This document shows, piece by piece, positions 28,357 through 38,455 of a DNA stretch of 64,000 nucleotides. The first letter of the stretch is position 1, and the number at the start of each line of letters is the position of its first letter. Both the position numbers and the translations under genes were made by a program. The DNA comes from Gammaproteobacteria bacterium (GTDB lineage Bacteria; Pseudomonadota; Gammaproteobacteria; JAJDYQ01), in assembly GCA_028289815.1 (NCBI GenBank), contig JAPYNQ010000020.1:263-64262 (forward strand), written 5' to 3'. The notes beneath the pieces are model-generated. The model was not told the origin of the DNA and did no database searches. It worked only from the letters and a program-made list of their open reading frames with translations.

Positions 28357-29437
28357 TGAGAAACAAACCAGTACAGCTTGTTGATATCGCCATTGAACCG
28401 GGAGAGCAAAAGGCTATTGAGATTTCGCTAGCCACCACGACAACGCATAACGATCTGAAAATGACTGCTCATGCTATGCATGAGCAACCGACCCGGTCTT
28501 TTTTGTTTGTCTGTGTGACTATTCATGGCGATGAAATCAATGGTGTTGAAATTATTCGCTGCCTGCTCGGGCAAAAACAAATCCAACAGATTAGAGGAAC
28601 ATTGATAACGATTCCCATTGTTAATATGCATGGCTTTATCAGCCACTCCTGCTATTTGCCAGATGGTTACGACCTCAATCGTAGTTTTCCGGGTAGTAAT
28701 AAAGGTTCGTTAGCGGGGCACGCATTGCCAATACTTTTCTCAACGAGGTTGTGACCAAGTGTGCCCATGGTATTGACTTGCATACAGGTGCTTGACACCG
28801 TGACAATCTTCCACAGATCAGTGCCGACCTGAACCAGAAAAACATCAAAGATCTGGCTGTTAGCTTTGATGTTCCTGCTATTATTAACTCTAGAATGATC
28901 GATGATTCCCTGAGGGAAGCAGCCAGCGAAACAGGCATACCCGTTCTGTTATAAGAAGCAGGCGAGACGCTACGGTTCAATGAGGTGAGTATCCGTGCTG
29001 ATGTACGAGAGGTATGTAGTGTCATGAGAGCACTGGAGATGTTACCTAAACTGAAAAAAGGTGGCAGCACGTTATCGCCGGTAATCTCGTTCAGCACTTC
29101 CTAGGTTAAGGCACTTTACAGAGGTATTTTTCGGGAACTGGTGCCCTTGAGGGTCAAAGTAGAGAAAGGTAGCGTCCTAGGAGTAATTGCTGGTCCGCTT
29201 GGTATCAGTGAATACAAAGTAATAGCGCCTGAAGAAGGTATCGTGATTGGCCGAACAAATCTACCACTGATCCATGAAGGTGATGCACTGTTCCATCTGG
29301 CTTACTATCAGCATCAGGTAGATATGGTGCTGAACCAAGTCGAGGGATTTCAGGAAGCATTAGAGTCTGAAACCGTCAATTTGTCACCAGCTAAATCAGC
29401 CTCGGATTGGAAAACTGATTGGGACCAGCTCGTCTAG
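28356..29437 (+). pseudogene. Succinylglutamate desuccinylase/aspartoacylase (M14) family pseudogene
   Basis: IHGDEINGVEII, DLNRSFPGS..GSLA, GIDLHTGA*HR, GIVIGRTNLPLIHEGDALFHLA; frameshift and in-frame stops. Confidence 0.88.
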
Positions 29438-29592
29438 TGATGCTGTATGCTGCGCCCGCACTTTGGCTGGTCCCTCAATAATTATAGTTAATTTTGGCTT
29501 TTTCACATATGGGAGTGATTTCAGGGCGTTAGATTACACTGAGGCAGTATACAGACCATAAGCCCGGTATTCATACAGGAAGGCTGCGGTCC

Positions 29593-30657
29593 CTAAATCT
29601 GAGGCATTGCCTGTTGAAGGCCACCCTTCAGGACATAGGCATCGAAACCCCTTTCACTTAAAATATAGCCTGCTGAGGAACTGCGTCTTCCAGTATCACA
29701 TGCAACAATGTACCGTTGTGATTCCTGTAATATATCAATCTTTTCTCGCAGAAAATATAAAGGGATATTAATGCTACCTTTGATATTCCATTTTTCAAAT
29801 TCTGTTGGAAGACGGACATCCAGTAACTTGGCACCTTTTACAATCATTTGTTTGGCTTCGTCCAGAGTAGCTGTCTTCATAAGAGGTTCTTTGAGCAGCT
29901 CTTCGAAGTCACTCTTGGAGAGGCGCATTAATGTTCCATCGGTGGCCATTTTGATAGTTGCATTACGCCTTGCGGAGGATATCAGTGCTTCTTCACCAAA
30001 GCTGTCTCCTTCAGTCAGAATGGCCAATTTCACACCCTCCGGCTTGTTGGGAGTTTCGCGTACCACTTGGCATTTGCCTCTACTAATAATATAAAAGTAA
30101 TCTCCCTCTTCCCCTTGCTTAATAACAGTGTCGCCCTGATTAAAGCCAACAGCCTCCATTTCCATAAACATGGTTTGAATATTGGCAGGTGGGAGGCGAT
30201 GAAATGCCTTTGCCCGTAATATCTTGGTCATCCAGTCACCAGTATCTTCATCAGCGATATCCTGTTTCCTGCTGAGCTCGACGACATCATAGCTACCCGT
30301 CTGATCCCAAGTAAGCATTAAATCAAGCAGATCGCTATCTACGCGGACAAAGGTCGCATCTTTGATGATACGTGCACTGAGCTGGCGAGGCTGTGAAGGT
30401 GCAAGGGGGTGGGTGGCACCGGGAGTACCGCCTTTAATTCTTTTCAGGGCTTGCCCGTTCTGATTAAGCAGTTCGACTTCACCAGCAATAATATACACTG
30501 ATTTTTTATCCTGCTCCCCCTGTTTGAAGGCATATCGCCCGGCAGTTACCGTATCAACGGTAATTTTTTCTGTTAATTCAGAGAAGCGTTCTGGATTCAG
30601 CCCGTTAATTGGTACCAAAGTACGAAGAACCTGCTTATCTACGGCGACTGAACTCAT
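29593..30657 (-). CDS. Tandem cyclic-nucleotide-binding domains fused to rhodanese
   Basis: QGEEGDYFYII..G, SFGEEAL...RRNATI phosphate-binding cassette; LLDVRLPTEF and VACDTGRRS rhodanese loop. Confidence 0.88.
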   Translation of the reverse strand: MSSVAVDKQVLRTLVPINGLNPERFSELTEKITVDTVTAGRYAFKQGEQDKKSVYIIAGEVELLNQNGQALKRIKGGTPGATHPLAPSQPRQLSARIIKDATFVRVDSDLLDLMLTWDQTGSYDVVELSRKQDIADEDTGDWMTKILRAKAFHRLPPANIQTMFMEMEAVGFNQGDTVIKQGEEGDYFYIISRGKCQVVRETPNKPEGVKLAILTEGDSFGEEALISSARRNATIKMATDGTLMRLSKSDFEELLKEPLMKTATLDEAKQMIVKGAKLLDVRLPTEFEKWNIKGSINIPLYFLREKIDILQESQRYIVACDTGRRSSSAGYILSERGFDAYVLKGGLQQAMPQI

Positions 30658-31705
30658 GCAGTATTTCCCTCAAGGCTGATATATTTCAAAATGCGAACCA
30701 CAATAAAGCGAAGATAACATCCTTTAATGTGACTCTTCAATTATATCACTTAATTATACTACTTATACACGATTTGCCTTGGTCCTGTCCTAGGGTACCT
30801 ATGAGACAAAATCAGGTGGTCTGTATAAATTGTTGATGTTTGTCCATAAGTGCGTGTGGGCAAATCCCATGGCCATAGTGGGTTCGATAGTAATTTGCTT
30901 ATAGGCTGTAGTCGCGTTATTGGTTGTGGTCTCTCTCCAAGTTGTTTACCTAGGATTCATACGGTGCCAACGGAGGCGGACAGGAGTGCGCGATTAATAC
31001 CTGCAAGGTCAATTGACTTTGGTGCAACCCATCTCGGAGCAAGTGCTTCGTGTTAAAGAAACCGTCCAAGTTGCGGGCGTGAACGTATGTACCATCTACC
31101 AGTGACTGGTCCGATATCACTACGAAGGCTCAGATGGCTTGGTGAATTGCTCATTCAAATCCCAACATAACCATCAGCATCTCAAATTATTCAGCTACCC
31201 TGTGCCGTATTTCTTGAGCCTTTACCAAATAATAGTGTGTATTGTTGTGTTACTTTACTGGCTTTGTACACTGAGCGGTGGTTACGATGTTGCCGGATGG
31301 ATTTTCTTTATGTGCCTGCCGTGTTTTAGCGTCAGAGTATCTGACAGGTTTGTTGCTTGTGCGTCCGTTTCTGGCAGGTCTGAACCGCGATTCAGCTGCC
31401 TGCTGGTATGCCTGTTGCCGGGATTATCAGCGCACATGGTAAACCGTACAGTATTGGAGAGGGAAGGGGTCTCCATGCCTATGTCTGGCGTTTTTCCCAG
31501 ATGTGCCTTACTTATAATGAACAGGGGCCGCGGGTTATGGTTACCGGTTCCGGTGTAGTTACTTACGGTCATTCCATGATCAGGGGTGGGTTTATACGCT
31601 GTGTTTTGATAGTTCGTGTATCGCCTGAGGACCGTTTGGCTGGCTGATGGTGATAGTTGTCGGCAAATTCTCTACCAGCGGCTTTAGCCAGTCTGTTGAA
31701 TACTG

Positions 31706-32125
31706 ATGTCAGACTCGTTTTACTGGCTAGTACTAAGCAGCGGTTTGTTGTCTTCCACACTGTTGCCAGGTAATTCCGAAGTTATCTTTACATCGTTACT
31801 GTTTGTTTATCCAGAGTTTTGGCTTGGCTTGCTGATAGCGGTTACAGTGGGTAACACCATGGGTAGCTATATTTCCTGGGGTATGGGATGGGCACTAGCA
31901 AACCGTTTTCCAGTGCGGTTCGGTGGCTTGCGCAGTCGTGAAAACGCTGTTCGGGCTATTCAAAGGTGGGGCAGCCCGATTTTGTTACTGTCTTGGATGC
32001 CGGTTATTGGTGACCTGCTTTGTGTCGCCGCAGGCTGGCTGAAAACGAGACCGGTCTCCGGCCTGCTATATATTGCGACCGGCAAGCTACTGCGCTATGG
32101 CCTGATTGTCTGGCTGACTGTGTAG
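31706..32125 (+). CDS. YqaA/DedA (VTT domain) membrane protein
   Basis: LSSTLLPGNSE, TVGNTMGS, RWGSPILLLSWMPVIGDLLCVAAGWL. Confidence 0.9.
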   Translation: MSDSFYWLVLSSGLLSSTLLPGNSEVIFTSLLFVYPEFWLGLLIAVTVGNTMGSYISWGMGWALANRFPVRFGGLRSRENAVRAIQRWGSPILLLSWMPVIGDLLCVAAGWLKTRPVSGLLYIATGKLLRYGLIVWLTV

Positions 32126-32160
32126 CCGGTCACTGAGGCTTTACTCATGCTGCACGGTAC

Positions 32161-32267
32161 GGTGTTAAAAGTATCCTCAAAATGCTCATTTACGTAAATA
32201 ACCTATAACCGTGTTTTTCGGCTTTTTGCCTTGCTTCGCCACTTACCTGAGTAAATTTCAACGGCCT
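32161..32267. repeat. Decayed MITE-like dispersed repeat, copy A
   Basis: GGTGTTAAAAGTATCCTCAAAATGCTCATTTAC...TTTTTGCCTTGCT...CACTTACCTGAGTAAATTTCA; similar to 38331-38440 and 38044-38127. Confidence 0.7.
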
Positions 32268-32945
32268 AAATGGGGTTTATCCCTTCTAGAGGTATCCGCA
32301 CATAGCTAATGTCTTTCATGATGGCGTAAAGGGCCGATAATACCAAGAATATCAACAGCGGGTAGGACAACAATCCAAAGACGATGCTGGTTACCAGCGG
32401 AATGAGTATCTGGACTTGTTTGCTGGTTTCAGACAGTAGTGGTAACATGCTTGCAATGATGGCGATTGAGGTCAGCGTGATAGCACGGAAGCGGCCACGC
32501 ACCGTTTGGTTCGCCACTTCATGGAGGTTTCCTCCCTGTTTTGCCCGGTATTTGACGAATCTCACCATGAGTGTGGAGAGTCGCTGACGGCAATTTCTGA
32601 AAACGATGCAAAGCCGACTATGCTTGGTATGGTGATAGCCAAACCTATCAGTATGTGTCTCCAGATGACACCGATCAATACCAGCGGAACCGCTACCATG
32701 ACGATTAGTGGCTCACGATAGTTCTTGAATTGCAGGCTGAGCAGTAGAAACATGCCGGCGAAGCCAATTGAAAAGCCGTTTAGCATGGATTTCTGAGTAA
32801 TGGTACCATTTTTGGCTTCGCCTTCAAAACTGAGTTTTAGTTGCGGATATTTTTCTTTTAGTTCTGGAAAGTACTGATCTTTGATATGGTCGAGTACTTG
32901 TGAGATATTGGCTTTAGTGGAATCAATATCGGTGAATACGCGGCT
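32266..32945 (-). pseudogene. AcrB/AcrD/AcrF-family RND transporter, C-terminal fragment
   Basis: LLLSLQFKNYREPLIVMVAVPL..IGVIW.H, RFRAITLTSIAIIASMLPLLSETS.QVQILIPLVTSIVFGL; frameshifted, N-terminal majority absent. Confidence 0.85.
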
Positions 32946-32972
32946 GTTTAAGCTAAGGAAGTCCTGATCAAA

Positions 32973-34142
32973 TCAGAATTTTTCTGAGGCAGTCTTAAGT
33001 TGTTCTGCCTTATCGGTACGTTCCCAGGTAAACTTGGGATCTTCGCGACCGAAGTGCCCATAGGTTGCTGTTTCGCGATAAATTGGCTGCAACAGATTCA
33101 GCTCTCGTATGATACTCCCTGGTCTAAGATCAAAATGTTCGGCGACCAGGGTTTCGATGCGGTGTTCGTTAATATGGTTGGTGGCGAAAGTATCGACATG
33201 GATAGAAATCGGTCGGGAAACACCAATCGCGTAGGCCAGCTGCACTTCGCATTTGTCGGCTAGACCTGCAGCAACCACATTTTTGGCAACATATCGTGCG
33301 GCATAGGCAGCTGAGCGATCCACTTTGGATGGGTCCTTACCGGAAAATGCGCCGCCACCGTGACGACCTACGCCGCCGTAGGTGTCAACAATGATTTTGC
33401 GTCCTGTCAGGCCGCAATCACCGGCAGGACCGCCAATTACAAAGCGACCGGTGGGGTTTATAAAGTACTTTGTATTATTGCTCAGCATGTCGGCAGGCAA
33501 AACCGGCTTGATAATCTCCTCCATGACTAGTTCTTTTAGGTCGTTATGGCTGATGTCTTCGCTGTGCTGGGTTGACAGTATGACAGTATCAATTGTCGTG
33601 GGGATATGATTTTGGTACTTGACGGAAACTTGGGATTTGACATCAGGACGTAGCCATTCCAACAGCCCCGATTTGCGAATCTTTGCCTGCTGCTCAGTCA
33701 GACGATGTGCCAGCTGAATCGGCATGGGCATCAGGGCAGGTGTCTCATTGGTTGCATAGCCGTACATCAGCCCCTGATCCCCTGCGCCTTGGCCCGGATC
33801 AATACCTTCGCCTTCATTGACGCCTCGTGCGATATCAGAAGATTGTCTATCTAGTGAAACAAGGACTGCACAGCTGGCACCGTCAAAACCCATCTCGCTG
33901 CTGTTATAGCCGATATCCAGGATGGTATCGCGTACTACCCGGGCGTAATCAATATTGGCGGTTGTGGTGATTTCGCCACAGACTATCACCATGCCGGTGC
34001 TTATCAAGGTTTCGCAGGCCACGCGCGCCTTTCGGTCCTGTTCAAGAATGGCATCGACTATGGCATCTGAGCAGCTATCAGCTATTTTGTCCGGATGTCC
34101 TTCTCCAACCGATTCGGATGAAACGATATATTCCCTAGCCAC
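32973..34142 (-). CDS. metK: S-adenosylmethionine synthetase
   Basis: [26 protein letters not shown]; GTG start at 34142 after GGGAG. Confidence 0.97.
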   Translation of the reverse strand: MAREYIVSSESVGEGHPDKIADSCSDAIVDAILEQDRKARVACETLISTGMVIVCGEITTTANIDYARVVRDTILDIGYNSSEMGFDGASCAVLVSLDRQSSDIARGVNEGEGIDPGQGAGDQGLMYGYATNETPALMPMPIQLAHRLTEQQAKIRKSGLLEWLRPDVKSQVSVKYQNHIPTTIDTVILSTQHSEDISHNDLKELVMEEIIKPVLPADMLSNNTKYFINPTGRFVIGGPAGDCGLTGRKIIVDTYGGVGRHGGGAFSGKDPSKVDRSAAYAARYVAKNVVAAGLADKCEVQLAYAIGVSRPISIHVDTFATNHINEHRIETLVAEHFDLRPGSIIRELNLLQPIYRETATYGHFGREDPKFTWERTDKAEQLKTASEKF

Positions 34143-34285
34143 GTTAACACTCCCTGCAAGTCCCCGAAACGGGCATTGTGATAGCAGACATATTGTCTGC
34201 TGCTTTGCCGAAGAAAGCAAATCCTTGCAAATATATTAGGCGTTCGACCTTCGGAATTGTGTTCTGTCTGATTTATAATCCGTCC

Positions 34286-35251
34286 ATGAGTACTCAAATT
34301 GTATTTCTTGATCGCCTGACGATCCGTCAGGATATTGAAATCAGGAGGCCTAGCTTTCCACATGAGTGGGTAAGCTTTGATGCGAGCCTGCCTGAGCAGG
34401 TGATTGATCGCTGTCGTGATGCCGACATCATTATCACTAACAAAGTACCACTGCATAAAGCAGTTATTGAGCTTTTGCCACGCCTGAAAATGGTTGCCGT
34501 TGCTGCAACCGGCGTTGATCGGGTTGATGTTGGTGCCTGCCGTAAGCATGGGGTGATTGTCAGTAATATCAGAAATTACGCGCTGACAACCGTGCCCGAG
34601 TATGTCATCAGCGTGGTACTCGCATTGAGGCGACAAATACTCCAGTACCGCCAAGAGGTATTGAATGGTCGTTGGCAGGCCGAAGAAGGCTTCTGTTTCT
34701 TTGATAAGCCCATCCATGATGTCAGGGGGACACAGCTGGGCATCATTGGTTATGGTGCCTTGGGGCAGGCCACGGCCAAATTGGCACATGGCCTTGGAAT
34801 GCAGGTCCAGTATTGCTCGCCTTCATCTAGGGATAAGGATTTCGCCGAGCCTGTTGAGCTGGATTATCTACTGCGGACATCTGATGTTATTTCATGTCAT
34901 TGTCCGTTAAACGAGCAAACAGAAAGCCTGATTGACGGACATGCCTTTGCGCGGATGAAACCTTCAGTCATTTTTGTTAATACCGCACGAGGTGCCATTG
35001 TTGATGAGCAAGCCTTGGCTGAAGCACTGGTGAATAATAAAATTGCCGGAGCCGGTATTGATGTGCTGCCTGAGGAGCCTCCAGCTGCGGACAGCCCGAT
35101 AATGCGGCTTGTTGGTCGCACTAACATTATTCTTACCCCGCATGTGGCTTGGGCCAGCCAGCAGGCCATGCAGTTATTGGCAGACCAGCTGATAGACAAT
35201 ATTGAAGCGTTTATGGAGGGTAGCCCCAATAATGTCGTGCGGGTTCGGTGA
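34286..35251 (+). CDS. D-2-hydroxyacid dehydrogenase (glycerate dehydrogenase/HprA-like)
   Basis: VAVAATGVD, GIIGYGALG, HCPL, VNTARG, DVL..EPP, LTPHVAWAS. Confidence 0.88.
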   Translation: MSTQIVFLDRLTIRQDIEIRRPSFPHEWVSFDASLPEQVIDRCRDADIIITNKVPLHKAVIELLPRLKMVAVAATGVDRVDVGACRKHGVIVSNIRNYALTTVPEYVISVVLALRRQILQYRQEVLNGRWQAEEGFCFFDKPIHDVRGTQLGIIGYGALGQATAKLAHGLGMQVQYCSPSSRDKDFAEPVELDYLLRTSDVISCHCPLNEQTESLIDGHAFARMKPSVIFVNTARGAIVDEQALAEALVNNKIAGAGIDVLPEEPPAADSPIMRLVGRTNIILTPHVAWASQQAMQLLADQLIDNIEAFMEGSPNNVVRVR

Positions 35252-35587
35252 CTTGCCGGTTAGCCGGTCGAGCTCTTACACATACCCCCCTTGTAGTGTT
35301 AGCTTGCTGAGCTTGCAGCGATAATCGTTATGTTGCCTGCTGTCAACGAAGAAATTACGCCTGTGATAAAGATCATCAGGGAGGCATCTGTCTGCCATCT
35401 TGGAGTTGACTATGCCTTTCATGGGTTTCTTCCGCCCATCTATTAAGGTGCATGCCACATACCTAAGGACAGAGAGCAAAGAAAATTCAAAATCCTTGAA
35501 AGATTTTGTGATTGTTGTGGTCTATGCTATGGTAGTAAATGCAGCTGCTTGGTCAGCTGTCCTGTTAAATCTTAAGGAGAAATTTAA

Positions 35588-35845
35588 ATGACTGATAAAA
35601 GAGCCTTTTTGAAAAACGCTGTCGCCACAGCTATCGCTGTAGGTGCGGGTGCGGTAGCCCCGGCCGCCATGGCGATCCCGGAAGGTATGGAAAAGTGTAT
35701 GGGAGTTGCCAAAGCAAAAATGAATGACTGCGGCACCTCCAGTCATGCTTGTGCCGGACAGGCGAAAGTGGATGGTCATCCGGAAGAATGGGTGGCTGTA
35801 CCCAAAGGCACCTGTGAAAAAATTGTTGGTGGGAAAGTAGGTTAA
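35588..35845 (+). CDS. BufA1/DUF2282-type RiPP precursor with signal peptide
   Basis: Ala-rich signal ending AAMA; [21 protein letters not shown]...[15 protein letters not shown] with 4 Cys. Confidence 0.88.
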   Translation: MTDKRAFLKNAVATAIAVGAGAVAPAAMAIPEGMEKCMGVAKAKMNDCGTSSHACAGQAKVDGHPEEWVAVPKGTCEKIVGGKVG

Positions 35846-35868
35846 AAGCTAACACCAGCAAGTTTTGT

Positions 35869-36744
35869 ATGACTTATACGTCTGACTGTTGTGAAACCAG
35901 CCCGACTGCTGGCCCGATTCATGGTGTTGGCATCGGGTTGCGCTCACAACATTACCGATATATCTTGGCTAACAAGCCTTCAACCCCTTGGCTGGAGGCA
36001 CTAACCGATAACTACATGGGAGACGGTGGTCAGCCGCTGGGCTATCTGGAGCAGATTAGAAGTCTCTACCCTATCACTTTTCACGGTGTCGGTATGTCTC
36101 TGGGGTCGCCTGGAGCGGTGAATAAAGCCTACCTGCGACGATTAAAGGAAAGAATACGGCAATTTGAACCAGTGTGGGTATCTGACCACACTAGCTGGAG
36201 TGCCTGTCACCGGCATAACAGCAATGAATTGCTACCACTTCCCTATACGGAAGAAGGCATTTCTCATATGGCTGGTAAAATCGCCGAGGCGCAGGATTTT
36301 CTTGGCGAGCGCCTGTTGATTGAAAACGTATCCTGTTACGTTGAGTTCAGGGACTCGCAGATGCCTGAATGGGAGTTTATTAACGGTATTGCGGATGAGG
36401 CCGATTGCCATATACTGCTGGATATTAACAATATTTACGTTAACGCCTTTAATAACGACTGCCAAGCAGATGATTTTATTCAGGGAATAAGCCCCGAACG
36501 CATACGTGAAATACACTTGGCGGGTTATGAAGATCGGAAGACCCATTTACTCGATACGCATGGTCAAGAGGTCCATCAACCAGTCTGGGATTTGTATCTT
36601 CGTGCTGTTGAACGGCTTGGCCCGATTCCAACACTGATTGAATGGGATACGGATGTTCCTGAGTACCCGATACTACAACAGCAAGCCGGCATTGCCGAAG
36701 GCATTATCTCAATGTCTTCCAAATCGCATGCCCACGCTGCCTGA
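35869..36744 (+). CDS. DUF692 multinuclear non-heme iron oxidase (MNIO, BufB-like)
   Basis: GVGIGLR..H, HGVGMSLG, VSDH, LLPLPY, LIENVS, LLDINNIYVN, EIHLAG, DTHG, LIEWD. Confidence 0.93.
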   Translation: MTYTSDCCETSPTAGPIHGVGIGLRSQHYRYILANKPSTPWLEALTDNYMGDGGQPLGYLEQIRSLYPITFHGVGMSLGSPGAVNKAYLRRLKERIRQFEPVWVSDHTSWSACHRHNSNELLPLPYTEEGISHMAGKIAEAQDFLGERLLIENVSCYVEFRDSQMPEWEFINGIADEADCHILLDINNIYVNAFNNDCQADDFIQGISPERIREIHLAGYEDRKTHLLDTHGQEVHQPVWDLYLRAVERLGPIPTLIEWDTDVPEYPILQQQAGIAEGIISMSSKSHAHAA

Positions 36745-37510
36745 AATACAAAAAAAATTCTTCGCTGGCCTCTTCGGCAACGACAGGCAGGTTACCGATG
36801 CGTTGCTGCCCTCAGCGACACTATCAGCAGAGGCACGCTTTGATATCTATCGGAGTAGTGTTTTCGGCCTGTATACCAAGGTGCTTGCTGAAATATATCC
36901 GGTTTGCAAGCGGTTGCTGGGAGTACACTTTTTTGATAGTATGGTGAACCATTACATTGCTGAATATCCGTCAGTTTCTGCTAATGTCATCGACTATGGA
37001 GGGCAGTTCCCGGAGTTCCTGGAGGACTTTGAACCCGTATCCGAATTGCTTTATCTTACTGATGTCGCTCGCCTAGAATGGGCCTGGCATCGTGTATTCA
37101 ATGCGTGTGACTTCACACCGGTGGATACATCTGCGCTACTGTCGCTCAGCGAGGAGCAGCTGTACGAGACGGTGTTTATGCTGCCCCCCGCGAGCAGGCT
37201 ATTGCATTCAAAGTATCCTGTCGATACTATCTGGCAGCAGAACCAGCCGGAGATAGAACAACCCTCCGATATCCAGCTGGAAATACAGGATAACTATCTC
37301 TTGGTACGGCGCCTCGGTTACGAGATCAGAATCGACAGGATGAGTCGCGAACACTGGTTGTTGTTAGACTCAGTAAGTCAGGGGCTAACCCTAGGTCAGT
37401 TGAGTGAACAGCATGATAATGTGGATTTGCAGATATTTCTTGTCGAAGCCATCAGATACCAGTGGTTCAGTGATTTTTCAATAACAAATCGGAGTTCAAG
37501 TCATGTATGA
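36728..37510 (+). CDS. DUF2063 MNIO partner protein (BufC-like)
   Basis: RFDIYR, YPVCKRLLG..FF, YGGQFPEFL, DVARLEWA; overlaps MNIO stop. Confidence 0.9.
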   Translation: MPTLPEIQKKFFAGLFGNDRQVTDALLPSATLSAEARFDIYRSSVFGLYTKVLAEIYPVCKRLLGVHFFDSMVNHYIAEYPSVSANVIDYGGQFPEFLEDFEPVSELLYLTDVARLEWAWHRVFNACDFTPVDTSALLSLSEEQLYETVFMLPPASRLLHSKYPVDTIWQQNQPEIEQPSDIQLEIQDNYLLVRRLGYEIRIDRMSREHWLLLDSVSQGLTLGQLSEQHDNVDLQIFLVEAIRYQWFSDFSITNRSSSHV

Positions 37511-37949
37511 GCAAATAATAAGATACTACACCTATGGGATCAGGGGCCTTGATACCCTGCAACCGGTCTTTGCCCTTGTGCTGCGATGTTGGCTGGCCTA
37601 TGTATTTTTCCTGTCAGGTCTGACCAAGATTAAAAGTTGGGATAGTACCCTATGGCTATTTCAATATGTATACAGCGTACCTGTCATTTCACCTGTGCTG
37701 GCAGCATGGCTGGCAGCCATTACGGAACTGGTGCTGCCCCTCTTGCTGGTTCTCGGAATATTGACGCATCCCATGGCAATCATCCTGTTTGTGTTTAATC
37801 TGGTCGCAATGTACTCCTATCCGGACATCAGTCCGGCAGGGATCAATCAGCATATGATGTGGGGAGTAATGATTGCCGTCCTGGTGTTTTATGGTGCAGG
37901 CAAGATCTCTGTTGATAACTGGCTGAAGGACAGATTTGTCGCTGATTAG
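37503..37949 (+). CDS. DoxX family membrane protein (BufD-like)
   Basis: VFFLSGLTKI..WDST..LF...Y, ELVLPLLLVLG, GAGKISVD. Confidence 0.9.
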   Translation: MYEQIIRYYTYGIRGLDTLQPVFALVLRCWLAYVFFLSGLTKIKSWDSTLWLFQYVYSVPVISPVLAAWLAAITELVLPLLLVLGILTHPMAIILFVFNLVAMYSYPDISPAGINQHMMWGVMIAVLVFYGAGKISVDNWLKDRFVAD

Positions 37950-38043
37950 CGATATATTAAAATCTGGTTATAGCTCCCCCTCAGTTCAGGTCTGAGCAGG
38001 AAGCTGAGGTTCTGTTCGTACGGTGATACAATGTCAGAAATAA

Positions 38044-38440
38044 CATCAAAATGCTCACTCTTTGTGTGAGTCGGTGATTTTTGCTTTGCCTTGCACTCAA
38101 CCGAGCGAACTTCAGCAACCTGTTAAGTCTATCTCTTGGCAAGCGATTGAAATCCTGCTTATGCAGGATGCAATAAGGGGGCGTCAGGGTGTGGTGACAC
38201 TGTAGTGGAGTTATACGGTGCTTGCAATCCATATTATTGGGGCCAAGCTGGATGGCGAGCTTGCTGAAACTCCATTACAGTCCCTGTGCCTTGTTCTGGC
38301 ACCAATCGCTACGGTTTTTCAAATTTCTCTGGCGCTAAAAATGTTCTCGAAGTGCTCATTTACCCTGTGTAGACTGTTTTTTTACGGTCGTTTTTATCTT
38401 GCTCCACACTTACCTGAGCTGAATTTCATCAGCTTGTTTA
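38044..38440. repeat. Cluster of decayed MITE-like repeat fragments
   Basis: 38044 CATCAAAATGCTCAC..GCCTTGC..TTCAGCAACCTGTTAAG; 38287 TGCCTTGTTCTGG..ATCGCTACGGTTTTTCAAATTTCTCT (like reverse complement of 10382 end); 38331 GGCGCTAAAAATGTTCTCGAAGTGCTCATTTACC..CACTTACCTGAG. Confidence 0.65.
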
Positions 38441-38455
38441 GTTTACTACCGAACT

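Noticed and set aside
26977-29437. Stop-codon reassignment or programmed frameshifting explaining the broken genes
   Set aside because: Lesions include TAA, TAG and TGA plus several indels, while core genes use all three stops normally.
34082-34789. Long antisense ORFs (also 47622-48290, 52937-53500, 4824-5357)
   Set aside because: Shadows of well-supported genes on the opposite strand, with no motifs.
35400-35591. ECF sigma region-4 relic upstream of the RiPP precursor (SIKVHATYL)
   Set aside because: Similarity too weak to call by eye.
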